A DNA stretch of 64,000 bases from Tetramitus jugosus (lineage: Eukaryota; Protista; Heterolobosea): positions 434,001 through 498,000 of the forward strand of contig OW569347.1 of NCBI GenBank assembly GCA_937625935.1. Reading direction: 5' to 3'. A program made the translations under genes and the position numbers. Numbering within the stretch: position 1 is the first letter of the stretch; the number at the start of each line of letters is the position of its first letter. The notes below the pieces were generated by a model. It ran no database searches. It was not told where the DNA came from and saw only the letters and a list, made by a program, of their open reading frames with translations. Of the stretch, positions 11,879-24,233 are shown one piece after another.

Positions 11879-13807
11879 TTACATAGCAGCTTGATGGAGT
11901 GAGCCTTGGAGGTGTTCCACCATTTTGATTAATTCTTTTGCGACCTTTTTCTTCCTCTTGAAGGCATCGGGACGTGACTGTCCATCCATTTCTGTTCTCA
12001 GTAGATGGAGCATGTTCTTGGCCGCATTGATGTCTCTGTTGTGAGTCACTAAACATTTAGTGGTTGCACACTGTTTAACTCCTCGGACGACAGAGACATT
12101 CAACGTTCCATTCTTGTCTATTCTCTTATGCTTGACTGGCTTCATGTGAGAATGGCAATGATGACATTTCTGACTTGTCATGAACTCGTCGATCATTTTC
12201 ACTTTGAAGTGCTCATTCAACTTTTTCAATAGCTTTCCTTTTGGTGTTGGAGCATGTCCTTTGTAACAATGACCAAAGCCAGCATTGCCCATCCCAATTA
12301 ACATGCTTCTTCCATTTGCTCTCTTTCGAAAGTCATTCATAACATTGGCAATCGTCTTATCTCTCATTATATAGCTATCCCAATTCAGTCTCTTCACCTT
12401 TGGGGTGCAATAAAAATTCAACAAATCGTCCTCGACTTTCAATACAGAATTGATGTGTTCAAGGAACAGACCACTTGTTGGTACACCGGCCTGTTTGATT
12501 GAGTTTTGGAGTTCATCCAAGTTCTTCTCATTCATTTCGTTCCATTCTGCTTTGTATTTCAACAATCGCTTGGAGTTTTTTGAATGGTGGGACAGATGTC
12601 TATATGTTTTGTTAGACAACTCCCACTTCTTGCCATCTGAATCAACACAACTCACCAACGTAACAATACCCGGGTCAATCCCAACCAAATATTCAGCACC
12701 TTCGTTCATACTTGTTTCTTTCTTTCTCTTCTTTGCTTCTTTCTGGCCCTTGGATTCCTTTGCCTTATTGTTCTTGTGACTGCCAACGAGTTGATGTCTG
12801 AGAACAACAGAGGCCTGAATACCGTCAGTTCTGATTGAGTCGATTTGAATCTTCTTTGTTCCAACATTCAAACACTTGAGATTGTATTTCAATTCAATGG
12901 GTTCAATTACTTGTACATTTCCCTTCTTTTGTCCTCCTGGTTTCTTCTTCTGTTGGAGCATGTCTATCAGGTCCGTTGTACCTATCTCCATGCATCTACA
13001 TTTAAAGTGGGACAAGGGCAACAATGCAAATGATTTAGTTCCATTGCCAATCAGAAACTGTTGAGCATGCCAGTAAAACTTCAGCATGTTATTGGTGTTG
13101 TTGTTCACAAACGATTCATCAATCACTTCGTCGGTTTCAGCACCAACAAGTGTTCGAACCTCTTGGATCAACACAGGAATAGTCTCTATCAACTCTTTTG
13201 GAGGCAGTTTGACAAAATCATAAACTGGAGTGACGAATGTCAACTTTCTGATGATGTATTCTACGACTCTTCTGTATTCAGACCTTGGTTTTGATTGACC
13301 ATTGTGCAATTGATTCATCCTCACTCTCAAATACTTTCTCAGTCTTTGTTCCAATGTGAACTTGAGCATGTTAGAAATATTGACATTGAGAGACTTTGCA
13401 ACGTAATTGATGGATTTGGATAACTTCTCACAAATCTTCCTTAGCTTGATTGTTACGTCATCCATGTTGACTGACCCGTTGATGAGGTTGACATTATCGT
13501 CTCTTGTCTTCGACTTGCGTCCAAACAACACTGAACCGATTCGTTGAATAAATCCTTGATTCAAGAGAGGGATATCACAATTGTTCTCCAAGTGCCTCAA
13601 AACAAATATGTTTATAAATCTTGTGAGTCGAAGAGCAATCCTTGTAATCTCCAGAGCTTGAGTTTGTATGATTGGTAACAGAGTTGGATGATGCAACAAT
13701 AGAGACTTCAGACCGACCTTGACCACGTAATGTGATGAGTATTCATCCTTTTTGACAGTCTCTCTCTTTCTCTTTCTCTTGCCGTCCTTAGGCACGCCTC
13801 GTGGCAT
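11879..13807 (-). CDS. Fanzor (eukaryotic TnpB-family RNA-guided nuclease), Fanzor1-like, 642 aa, intact
   Basis: RuvC-I VGIDPG, rearranged RuvC-II IDEFMTSQKC, Zn finger CHHC...CATTKC, RuvC-III NRDINAAKNM and an N-terminal basic NLS-like KRKRKR. Confidence 0.9.
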   Translation of the reverse strand: MPRGVPKDGKRKRKRETVKKDEYSSHYVVKVGLKSLLLHHPTLLPIIQTQALEITRIALRLTRFINIFVLRHLENNCDIPLLNQGFIQRIGSVLFGRKSKTRDDNVNLINGSVNMDDVTIKLRKICEKLSKSINYVAKSLNVNISNMLKFTLEQRLRKYLRVRMNQLHNGQSKPRSEYRRVVEYIIRKLTFVTPVYDFVKLPPKELIETIPVLIQEVRTLVGAETDEVIDESFVNNNTNNMLKFYWHAQQFLIGNGTKSFALLPLSHFKCRCMEIGTTDLIDMLQQKKKPGGQKKGNVQVIEPIELKYNLKCLNVGTKKIQIDSIRTDGIQASVVLRHQLVGSHKNNKAKESKGQKEAKKRKKETSMNEGAEYLVGIDPGIVTLVSCVDSDGKKWELSNKTYRHLSHHSKNSKRLLKYKAEWNEMNEKNLDELQNSIKQAGVPTSGLFLEHINSVLKVEDDLLNFYCTPKVKRLNWDSYIMRDKTIANVMNDFRKRANGRSMLIGMGNAGFGHCYKGHAPTPKGKLLKKLNEHFKVKMIDEFMTSQKCHHCHSHMKPVKHKRIDKNGTLNVSVVRGVKQCATTKCLVTHNRDINAAKNMLHLLRTEMDGQSRPDAFKRKKKVAKELIKMVEHLQGSLHQAAM

Positions 13808-14424
13808 AATGTTATTGTATTTGTTGTGTGTTGTATTTGTTGTGTGAGTTGAATCAAACAGCGAAAAAGACAGCGCTTTTTAAACCGAGGTAGATGGCCG
13901 TTGCCGTTGTAAAGACAGTCTCAACGGAAATTTTTACAACTGCACCAATTCCGCAGCTTAGAGGAAACTGAGATTTAGACAACAGAAAGATGACGTTACT
14001 CGTTGGCAAATGCTTTCTTTGCAATTTCTTCTTGGGTGGTTCAATCTCGCGTCTTGAAAGAAAACGTCCATCGTCCATCCTCTGAACCAATACACACAAC
14101 AACCGAAATCATCTACTGGAGGAGACTCCAATATGAAACTCTACCAAGTATTGCATCTTTGACTCAGAACTTGTTTAATGACAACGTGTGGATGACTCAT
14201 CATCCAAGTGTGTTTTTGTATTCTCCAGAGAGATTCAATGTTCCTGTCAACTAGCCCAAATAAAGAAGCCCGAACCTCCGCCGCAGAGAAATCACAAAGC
14301 ACGAAAGTGTTGCTTGTAACCGAGAATTCACAGTATTGTGGATGATTAACACTTGTGTATGGATTCTGATGTTTTTTGATCGACCCACATCTTGCTTCTT
14401 TTTTCTCAAACAAAAATCATGTTG

Positions 14425-14451
14425 TACGAGGAGCCCTATTTATACGAGGAG
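14425..14451. repeat. Subterminal direct repeat TACGAGGAG x2 next to the right TIR
   Basis: Copies at 14425-14433 and 14443-14451. Confidence 0.6.
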
Positions 14452-14641
14452 TTGGTAGACCGCCACCTTAATCGAACAATCTTTGTTTTTGTTGTTTCAT
14501 GTCCAGCGGCAATCAGAACAAGATTACATACACCATATTTACACTTTATTCTGATAATTTACAACGACATCCTTTGTCCATGGGTATAAACTGGAGGAGA
14601 ACTCTGCCAACTTATCATTCGATCACTTCTGAGATCATCCA

Positions 14642-15538
14642 TTATTCGCCTGGCATTGGTCCAGAGGAGCGAACGACTGGCAAGTAACGTTTTGGAATCA
14701 TCAGCTTTGATCCACATTGATTCGCTTGGAATCCCAGTGGCAACATCCTACCACATAATATCTTCTCGTTTGCCATGTAATACGGAATTAGTGGATATTC
14801 GCCCTTCTGCAGTTCCAACAAAATTTGCTTGTACTGCTGAATCTTCAAATCATTGACATGGTACTGAACAGTTGGGAAGCTGAACGCTTGGTCATACTCT
14901 TGACTTCTTCTGTTGCTTAATAATACATTGTTCATCCGTTGTTGTTGCATTGCCGTTCCATAGTTGTGCTGCGTGTTTTCACCTGAATTGTACGGTTCCA
15001 CGTGTTGTTTCTTTTGATGTTGTTGTTCCTCTCCTGTTGTTGCTGTACAACTTTCAGAGTAATAATAATGGTTGTCATGAGAGTGACTGAGTGCACTGCC
15101 ACCACCACTGCCATGATAACACGATGAAAGTAAAGACGACGATGAAGATGAAGATAGAGGTGTTGCGGCTGTTGCTGCCGACAATGACGATAATGAAAGT
15201 TCTTGAGGTGACTGCTGCTGCTGATGCTGCTGTTGTTGTCCATAGAGACTAAACATTTGTTGTGCCAGAATATCGAAAAGCTCTTGTCTTGTGATGCGAT
15301 CAAGGTGATTGGTTGTGTGACTTTGATCATAGTTGGCACGTTTATTCAACTGCACAGAATATTGTTGCTCATCACTGTGATGATATTCTTGTTGTTGTTG
15401 TTGTTGTAGCTGTTGTTGCTGTTGTTCATGGAACATGCACGTGTCTGAAAATCGTCTTTTTTTGGAGGGAGAGAGGTGGTTTCCATGGTTGTTGTGGTGA
15501 TGCTGTTGGTGGATGTGGTAAGGAGAGAAAGTGGACAT
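14642..15538 (-). CDS. Hypothetical Q/H/S-rich protein
   Basis: 298-aa ORF, mostly low complexity, with a basic KKRR motif and a short ordered C-terminus. Confidence 0.6.
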   Translation of the reverse strand: MSTFSPYHIHQQHHHNNHGNHLSPSKKRRFSDTCMFHEQQQQQLQQQQQQEYHHSDEQQYSVQLNKRANYDQSHTTNHLDRITRQELFDILAQQMFSLYGQQQQHQQQQSPQELSLSSLSAATAATPLSSSSSSSLLSSCYHGSGGGSALSHSHDNHYYYSESCTATTGEEQQHQKKQHVEPYNSGENTQHNYGTAMQQQRMNNVLLSNRRSQEYDQAFSFPTVQYHVNDLKIQQYKQILLELQKGEYPLIPYYMANEKILCGRMLPLGFQANQCGSKLMIPKRYLPVVRSSGPMPGE

Positions 15539-15664
15539 GGCACCTCAAGTTGTGGATGGATGTGTGTTGTTGTTGTGTTTTTGTTGTGTTTTATTTTTGA
15601 TGTGCTGTGCGAGAAATTTCTTGAAAATTGAGTTTCTCCATACTTGGTAATTCTCGAGGAGATT

Positions 15665-16352
15665 TTAGGCGGGAGATGACAAAGTCTCACTCAACCACTC
15701 GAGTCCTTGAAGGAGTCCATCACCCGTTATAGCGCAACAGCATTGGACGTGATACTTTCGTTTACTTTGTAAGTGACTTAGGCCAAATTCTTTGGCGATC
15801 TCTGCGGGAGTGGCAGCACCTTCCAAGTCCTGCTTGTTTGCCAGAATCAGCAAGGAAAGTTTATCCATTCGAACATCTCCCAGAACAACTTCCAGTGCAT
15901 GTTTTGCTTCTTGAAATCTCTCTCGGTTCGATGAATCAAGAACAAATATTATCCCATTGACATCTTCATAGTAGTGTCTCCACAAGGTCCGTATTCTTTC
16001 CTGACCTGCAGGGTTGTTGTTTGTGACGATACAATCGGAAATGAAGAAAAACAAAAGAGAAACGTCGTGTGAGATTTGAAACATTACAATCAAATAGAGC
16101 CCTAAACAGGATCACATGAAAAACTGATAACAAACCTCCGACGTCCCAGACATTTAGTTTCAAGTTGTTCAATTCGATGCATTCACAATTGAATCCCAGT
16201 GTCGGTGTCGTCGACACATGCTGATTCAACTTTAAACTGTAGAGTATCGAAGTCTTTCCTGCATCGTCTAACCCCAGCATTAGAATCTTTGCTTCTCTGT
16301 CGTTAAACATGGAGGAAAGGGTTTTGAAAGGTTTTGCGATTGTTGTGCCCAT
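15665..16352 (-). CDS. Arf/Arl-family small GTPase; intron 16006-16135
   Basis: Myristoylation-type start MGTTIAK, GLDDAGKT, spliced WDVGGQERIR, ANKQDL and CCAITGDGL. Confidence 0.9.
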
Positions 16353-16964
16353 GATAGCAAGGGATCTCTTCTTTAATTGTTCTCGTTCTTGTTGTGTTTG
16401 TACTTGGTTGGTCACCAAAGTCGTTGGAAGCTCTGTGTCACAAAACAAAACACAATAGATTAATAAAAGCAGAGTTCAAAAAGTATTTGAGATGACCACT
16501 TGATAAATACATACACTGGAGGAGGAGATCCGTTAGGTATTGTTTGTTTTTGTGCGTGCAAGAGTCAGATTTTCTTCCTCTCTAAAGTCTTTTGTTTGAA
16601 AGGGTTCCTTGTGTGTCTGTTTGTTGGTCCGACTGAGATTCGCTCAAAGCTAAAAACGCCATTTCAAGTGCCACGACAGATTCAGTTACAATTTTACGAT
16701 ACAACCACCAAACAAAGGAAAAAATGATGGATGAAACAATACTGCTATGAACACTAAACCACCATGGCACCTCTCATGCTTTAGCACCAGTGTTGCCAGA
16801 CCAAACATCCGCGGGCTTTGTTAGCACCCCAAAATAACTTGCCAGGAAAATTGGAGAAATTTGTCAATCCAATCTAATCCAAATTCTGATCATCAGCACA
16901 AGGAGAAAAAACAAACAACAAAAAATAAACAAGCCACACCTATTTTACTGTATCATAACACAAC

Positions 16965-19433
16965 ATGACGACTGCTACCGAACAGAGAAGGCAACAAGTT
17001 TTGTTGGGTCACTTGAGACCTCAATCAACTCAGACTGCACAAGCCAATGATATCAGTCATCATAGCTTTAATAATACTGATGTTGATCAGTTGTTGTTGC
17101 CTAGTGTCACATCTAGTGAACACCCTGAACAAGTTTGTAATCGTTGCTTGTGATTCTTTTTTGTTGTTGTTGTACAGCGCACTCACTCATGACATTGTTC
17201 AATTATTGTGATCTGTATTCGTTCATTCATTTATACTTGTTTACTGCAGAGAGTGTCCTATTCTGTTGTGTGTCACGAACCATCTTCTGTTCACGTGGCC
17301 GTACTGACATTGCACTCTGCTCCTGTGAATGCGTTGAGTGATGAGATGATGGATGCGATTCGTGCTCAGCTCGAGAGAGCATGGAACGATTCTTCTGTAA
17401 AGGCAATTGTCCTCTGTAGCTCCATTCCCGGTTTCTTTGTAGCTGGTGCCGATATTGCTCAAATTATGAAGAAGCAGCAAAAGGGAGGTGGTGCTGACTC
17501 CAAGGATGAAAACTTTGCAAAGTTTTTGCACTTGAACAATGGATTGATGAACAAGATTGAAGCTGGACCAAAGCCAACTGTTGCTGCCATTCACGGTGTT
17601 GCACTTGGTGGTGGTCTAGAGCTCGCAATGGCCTGTAATGCAAGAGTCTGTTCTCCAGAGAGTCGATTAGGTCTTCCAGAGCTCAATCTAGGAATTATTC
17701 CAGGATTCGGTGGTACACAGAGACTTCCAAGATTGATTGGTGTGCAAAAGGCGCTTGAAATGATGATTTCATCAGTTCCTATCCCTGGTAAGGTTGCTGA
17801 GCAACTCAAATTGGTTGACAAGTTGGTGGATGGTGCCTCTGTGTTGCAGACTGCGATTGATCTTGCCTCCCAGATTGCTCTATTCAAGTACAAGAGAACA
17901 AGAGCATTGCACATTAACAACAGACTTGAGTCACCTGACAAGTTGAAGTTCATTTTGGATAAGGCCGAGGCTGATGCCAAGAAACTTTACTCTCAATTGC
18001 CTCACGTGCAAGCATGTATCAATGCAGTGAAGGCCGGTTTGGAGTTCAATGGAGAAGTCGGATTGGACACTGAGGGAGCAGAGTTCTTGCGCGTGTGTGA
18101 TGGACCAGTGTCCAAGGGCATGATTCACTTCTTCTTTGCCGAGAGAGCCACTGGCAAAGTTCCATCCATGGGTAACGTCACTGGAAAGAAGATTTCCAAG
18201 TTGGGTATCATTGGTGGAGGTACAATGGGATCAGGCATTGCTATTGCTGCCTTGAGTGCTGGAATTGAAGTTACTCTGAAGGAAATCAATGATCAGGCAT
18301 TGCAAGCCGGTGTGAAGAGAGTCATGGATGTGTTGAATAGTAGACTGCAGAGAAAGAAGCTCAGTCAGCAACAATACGATAAAATGACCAGATTATTCAA
18401 AGCACAGACATCATACGATGGCTTCAAGGAGCTAGATATGGTTATCGAGGCTGTTTTGGAAATTGTGCCATTGAAGCAAAAGATTTTCCAAGAGATGGAG
18501 CAACAATGCAACAAGGATTGCATCCTTGCTTCTAACACATCAACCATTGACTTGGACCAGATTGGTGCATCCGTACAGTCAAAGGATCGTATTATTGGAC
18601 TTCATTTCTTCTCACCTGCTCATGTTATGCCACTGTTGGAGATTATTAGAACAGACAAAACAGCTGCAAGCACCATTGCTACTTCCTTGAATTTCGCAAA
18701 ACAAATCAGAAAGACACCTGTCGTTGTTGGAAACTGTCCTGGATTCCTCGTGAATAGAACCTTCTATCCATATGGAGAAGCTGCTCACTACTTGGTTGAT
18801 AGTGGTGTTGATTTGTATCAAATTGATAAGGCAATGCAAAAGTTTGGATTCAGAGTTGGTCCTTTCCTGATGAATGATATCGCCGGTGTTGATGTGATCA
18901 ACTTTGCCTTCAAGTCAATGAGTGAACCATTCAAGAACCGCACATACCCAGTATATTTGAATCAATTGTTGGTAGAAGCAAAGAGATTGGGTCAGAAGAC
19001 TGGATCAGGTAACTACAAGTTTGATAACAATACTGGCAGACCAACTCCTGATCCTGAGATTAGAAAGTTCATTGAACAAGCTAGAAAGATGTCAGGTAAC
19101 CCACCTCTCATTTCAGGCTTGTCCGATCAACAAATTGTTGAATATCTATTGTTCCCAACAGTGAATGAGGCATTGAGAGTAGTAGAGGAGGGACACGTTT
19201 ACCGAGTGTCTGACGTTGATGTTGCATGTACAATGGGTATGAACTTCCCAAGACACTATGGTGGTCTAATCAAATGGGCAGACACTGTTGGAGCAAAGTA
19301 CATTGCTGAAACTCTCGATAGATTGGCCAAAGAGAGTGGCCAGAAGATGTTTGAGCCATGTAACTATTTGAGACAATGCGCAAACTCTGGCGCTTCCTTG
19401 TACTCCATTGATAAGAAACTGATGAGCAAGTAA
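16965..19433 (+). CDS. Peroxisomal multifunctional beta-oxidation enzyme (enoyl-CoA hydratase / 3-hydroxyacyl-CoA dehydrogenase); intron 17133-17249
   Basis: FVAGADI, ALGGGLELA, PELNLGIIPGFGGTQRL, GIIGGGTMGSGI and GLHFFSPAHVMPLLE. Exon 1 carries PTS2-like RQQVLLGHL. Confidence 0.9.
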
Positions 19434-19461
19434 ATAAATTATGTTTTTACAGTCGAAATAG

Positions 19462-21598
19462 TCAATTTCCATGAGAGTTGTGACGCGGAGTCGCCAGATT
19501 AGAGAGCTCGCGGAAGGCTTCTCGCATTTGTGTGTGAATCGCTGCACTATTTCTAGTGGTGCCTCCAAACAAGCGATTATTGATTTGTTCGTAGATGTCC
19601 GTTGTATTCTGCGTTTGTGGCATTTGGTGCAGTGATTCTCCTAAAACTGGTTGTGGTGGGTCATACAGGCGGGAAACTGGTGGCGGCATAGTTCGTCCAC
19701 TATCAGAGGAGCGATGGACAGGAATATGAGGAGGAGCAAGAAATGGGTAGGTGGGTGAGATCTGTGGAACAAAATTCATGGGTGTGCTCGCTGGGAAGAA
19801 GGGTGTTGCCCGAAAATGAGTTTCTTGAGACTGTCGAGGTGGAGGAGGTAGTTGTTGTTGATTGATGTTACTATTTGAGCGCAAATAGAAACTCAAAGGA
19901 TCATGTGATAGCCTATCTGGGAGCTGATGCGATGGTGTTCCAAGGTTATGCGGAACAAGAGGTTCATAGTAATTTGGTCGTGGGTAGTATCGATTTGGGT
20001 CCAATGCTAGCGAGTGTTGACGACTTGGAGCAGTCGTCTGTTGCTGGGATGATGTTGTTGTCAAAGCACCAAGATGGATGTCATCTTGATCGATCAATCG
20101 ATTGACGGGAGATGGCACTTGCCGACTCTCTGCTACTACTGCAGTGTTCGGCTCTTCATTATCTGAATCGGAAATAACAATGGGATCCTCTGGTCGATTG
20201 GACGCTGCAGGAGCAGGCGGAAAGAATGGATAGATGAAACCAGGCAGATACGCCATCTGATGTTGTGTTGTTCCATTATTCATATTCATGTTTTCATGAG
20301 TCCGGAACCTTGACATTTGTTGATGATTAGGAAACAGAGGAAAGTTCATCATTGGCGCCATTGGACGCATTGTATGACCCTCTTCAAACAAATAGGTGGT
20401 ACCATCATTGGTCTCTTCTGAATCCGTATAATCCTCATCTGAATCCGAATCCGAATCAGAGCCATGATAGGCATTATCATAGGCATTATCATAGGGATCA
20501 ACATACACATCATGATACGGATTATATACATAACCTGCATTCAATCCACCATCGTTGCCTTCATCATCATCATCATCATCGTCATCTGACTCATCCGATG
20601 ATGATGACTCTCCTCCAAAGAATCGAATAAAGGAGATCATGCTGCGATGTGCTTGATGATCATCATCGTCATCATCGTCATCGTCGTCATATTCACCACC
20701 GTCATCTTCCTCGTCCACGAGTCGAAAGTTACGATGTGGAACATGAACTGTGGTTACATTGCTATCACTAGAATGATTATGAACGACACGACTACTGGTG
20801 TTATTATCAAGTGCAGATGATGGTGACTGCAGCTTCTCATCACATGACGACAATGACACCATTTTTGGTGTAATCGAAGTAAAACGTCGTTTACAAACGG
20901 GACATTCGTTTGATTTCTCCGACCATTGATGAATACATTCGAAACAGAATTCGTGTTGACAAGAGTCGAGACATCCTTGCTTCTCAACAGTGTCATAACA
21001 CACACAACACTCCATTTTACAATCATCATCATTATTATTATTGTTATTGTTGTTATTGTTGTCATTGTGATTCACTCTTTCAACATTCATGTTGTTCAAC
21101 TCACTACTCGCTTCATTATGATTATGATTATTGTTACTACTACTCTTATTATTATTATTGTTATTATGATGATGATGATGATGACTTGTTTCTTCCTCGT
21201 CATCATCACTGATATCAACAACTACAGTACTATCCATCATGGTTCTTGGTCTCTTTGTCCGATGATGCAAACAATCATCTTGTTGTGATTGTTGTTCATC
21301 TTGTTGTTCGATATTGTTGTCGTCATGTACAGGTGAAGAAGATGAGGAAGATGAAGATGTGGATGACGAGGAAGAAGAAGGCGAAGAAGATGACAATGCA
21401 TTATTCATCCATTTTCGCTTCCTGTTTGGCGATGATGATGCTGTTGTTGTTGTTGTGGTGGTGGTGGTGGTGGTGGTAGTGTCAGTGTGCTCCTCATTAT
21501 CATTCGTAGGAGTAGGAGCACTCATACTGTTGTTACTACTGTGATGAAGGTTATAGTTGTTGTTGTTCGGAATATGACGGTTGTTGTTGTGGGACATG
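19462..21598 (-). CDS. RING-finger (C3HC4) protein with extensive low-complexity regions
   Basis: CCVC..LDSCQHEFCFECIHQWSEKSNECPVCK. The start at MSHNNN is assumed. Confidence 0.8.
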
Positions 21599-21741
21599 GG
21601 TAAAAAACAACACAAAAGCCTTTTGCGCGCCAATACTCCTTTCGGCTGTGTTTGGTTGTGATGGGACGAAAAAACTCTGTGGGAGAATTGTTTCACGGTG
21701 CTGCGTGGAACTCAACAATAAACTCTTCTTTACGGGATGCG

Positions 21742-22839
21742 TTACAAAGCTCCACCAGTGTGGCGATTCAACCAATGGAGAATATCCTGTACAACATTAT
21801 CACTCTCTGGCTCTTGTAACAACTCGTGGTAAAACCCTGGATACTCGATAATCTCTTTGTCGGTGGAACCTGAACGCTCATAGAGTTGCTTACTGCCATC
21901 TGGACATACGGACTTATCGGCTGTTCCATAAAGAACGAGCAAAGGCTCTCTAACATTTGAGTAAAGATTGTCTCTGTCAATCTTCATGTAACTATTGAGC
22001 AATTTAGCTGAGAGGCCTGCAAGGAAAGGCCCCTTATAGATACGAGGATCAGAAGCGTACTCAGCAACACTCGACTTGTTTCGAGTTAAAAACTCGGGAC
22101 TCAACGGTGCTTGCACAGGCAAGCTTGGCAAAAATTTACCTATTATTGGTGCCAAGACACTAGACACAGGGAATAGTATCGAATCAGAAATGTCTTTACC
22201 AATCGCTAAGGCTGCATTGGACGTAATGATACCACTGATTACAAATGGTTGAACCATATTTGCCTGGAGACGCTGATACCCTTGATTGAGCATGTCATAT
22301 GTTACGACTGAGAATCCTCCGAGACTATGACCAAACAAAAAGAGGTTGTGTTCCTTGTTTGCATCGCACAACAGAGGTTTCACATACATGACAACACGCT
22401 CCAACAGTACCTGTTCCATATCTGCATAAATTTCCTCTAATTCTGCGTATCCAACTCGACCAGATGAATAACCATTGGATCGTTGATCATAGCGATAAAC
22501 GTGATATCCGTTCTGGGCAAGCTGATGACTGAATCGATCATAACGACCAGAGTGTTCGCCCCATCCATGCACAATCACAACAGTGGCATTCTTGGACTGT
22601 GGTGATGTACAGGGCACGAGACTTGGTTGAAAGAATTCAAAGAGAGTGATATTTGCATTTTCATTGGCAGTAAACCTGGCCACAGTGCAACCCTTGTTCA
22701 ATTGAGAGATTCGATCCAGATCAGGCACAAATCGATCAGTTATTTCCGGTAGAGAAGAGAACTGTGTATGAAGGAAAGAAAAGCCCAGAGCTAGTACGCT
22801 GATGAGAAGAGCGATCAAAGCAGACAGACGAGTTCTCAT
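21742..22839 (-). CDS. Monoacylglycerol lipase/lysophospholipase-like alpha/beta hydrolase with an N-terminal signal or anchor
   Basis: VHGWGEHSGRY, GHSLGG nucleophile elbow, GTADKSV and YHELLQE. Confidence 0.88.
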   Translation of the reverse strand: MRTRLSALIALLISVLALGFSFLHTQFSSLPEITDRFVPDLDRISQLNKGCTVARFTANENANITLFEFFQPSLVPCTSPQSKNATVVIVHGWGEHSGRYDRFSHQLAQNGYHVYRYDQRSNGYSSGRVGYAELEEIYADMEQVLLERVVMYVKPLLCDANKEHNLFLFGHSLGGFSVVTYDMLNQGYQRLQANMVQPFVISGIITSNAALAIGKDISDSILFPVSSVLAPIIGKFLPSLPVQAPLSPEFLTRNKSSVAEYASDPRIYKGPFLAGLSAKLLNSYMKIDRDNLYSNVREPLLVLYGTADKSVCPDGSKQLYERSGSTDKEIIEYPGFYHELLQEPESDNVVQDILHWLNRHTGGAL

Positions 22840-23174
22840 GCTTGTTTGTTTTCTTGGGTGGGGAGTTTTTCTTAGTGTTGTGGTTACCCAAAAATGTCTG
22901 ACAGAAAAAAGTGTTTTTTCAGGGAATGAGCAGAGGAGAGACTTTTTGGGACTGAGGATGCCGGTTGATTGGTTGTATGGCTGAAATTATGTGATGGGAA
23001 ACATGAGTTGTACAAATAGAGAAGAGAAATTTGTGGAATAGTTGATGATTGGCTCAGAAACGACAGCGACACTACTTTTATTCCCACAAAAAAAAAGAGT
23101 GGTCAACTTTGAGCGAATACAACTGCAATCAACCAACGATTGAAGAGTCAACTAACGAATAGACAACCTTACTA

Positions 23175-24179
23175 ATGTTGTATCTTCTACCAGAGGAACT
23201 CATTGTTCAAATTCTATCATTCCTCAATCCCAGATGGATTGGAAGACTGGCTCTGACGAGTTCTCACATGTATCGGCTGATTTTCAGTCAACAACAGCAA
23301 CAACACTACACTTCATTGAGCGACCACATTTGGAAAACGGTCTATGAACAGAGGAAATCATGTGATAAACAAATCATGAGGAAAGTCATTTCTGACATGA
23401 GATACTTGCCTCATCACATTGAACCAGATGAACCGACTCTATCTGTCATGAAACTCTCCAATGATACAGAAGAACAATGTCAATCCACTATGACAACTCA
23501 TCGTCGGTGCAGTTGGATAGACCTGTGCAAACAACTGTTCTCCTTTCAATTCTCTCCCAAAGTCTCACCGATGATCAATATTTACGACCACTTGATGATA
23601 ACTAACCATAACAGGACAATCAACTCTGATTCTCAAGCTTTTTGGAAAATGGTATACTTTCAACGACCTATTACTCGATACACACTGGATCAGTCGATTG
23701 ACTCAGTGTGCTGGGAAGTCGTATTGGACGAGTTTGAATCTCATCGTAACTACTTTAGTGTAGTCATAGGAGTGAGCACTAATCCCATCGGTGAGCGTTC
23801 AGAAGTAGTGAGTATCCTGGGCAACAGTAGTGGTGAGATTGGATTCTCTACTGGGAACTTGGGTCTCTTTGAAAATGGGACGTTTGTTCTCTCAAAGCTT
23901 TCCAATGGCGAATTGGCTTTTCCTTCTGAAGAGAATGGATTGAGAGCAGGAGATGCCATTGGAGTAAAGTTAGAACCCATATGGCCCACAACGGACAAAA
24001 AATCAACCTTAAGGTGGGAGATTACTTTTTATGTGAACGGGAAACCGGTCGAAGAGAGAACAAATGACAGCATGGATGTTGCTTCTCGAATCATTTCCAG
24101 CAACTTCGTTTGGCCTGCTATTTCGCTCATCTCCTCTCAAAAAGTATCGATAAGGCATGTCCAGCAACTACCGTATTGA
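23175..24179 (+). CDS. F-box protein with a C-terminal SPRY/B30.2-like domain
   Basis: LPEELIVQILSFL F-box; WEVVLD, GDAIGVKLE, TFYVNGK and WPAISL. Confidence 0.75.
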   Translation: MLYLLPEELIVQILSFLNPRWIGRLALTSSHMYRLIFSQQQQQHYTSLSDHIWKTVYEQRKSCDKQIMRKVISDMRYLPHHIEPDEPTLSVMKLSNDTEEQCQSTMTTHRRCSWIDLCKQLFSFQFSPKVSPMINIYDHLMITNHNRTINSDSQAFWKMVYFQRPITRYTLDQSIDSVCWEVVLDEFESHRNYFSVVIGVSTNPIGERSEVVSILGNSSGEIGFSTGNLGLFENGTFVLSKLSNGELAFPSEENGLRAGDAIGVKLEPIWPTTDKKSTLRWEITFYVNGKPVEERTNDSMDVASRIISSNFVWPAISLISSQKVSIRHVQQLPY

Positions 24180-24233
24180 AAGAGTAAACCAAGTATCTTG
24201 TTGACCACAACGAAATTTTCTTTATACAAAAAG

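Larger units (their letters stand above)
11794..14467 (-). mobile_element. Non-autonomous TIR DNA transposon carrying a Fanzor; 13-bp TIRs and TTAA target-site duplication
   Basis: TTAA (11790-11793) followed by GGTGGCGGTCTAC; at the other end GTAGACCGCCACC (14455-14467) followed by TTAA (14468-14471). No transposase ORF is visible inside. Confidence 0.9.

Noticed and set aside
13815-13846. 16-bp tandem duplication TTGTATTTGTTGTGTG upstream of the Fanzor ATG
   Set aside because: Only two low-complexity copies with no spacers; not CRISPR-like.
13854-14413. Short ORFs in the Fanzor element as a possible transposase remnant
   Set aside because: No DDE, HTH or THAP motif is recognisable, and all are under 100 aa.
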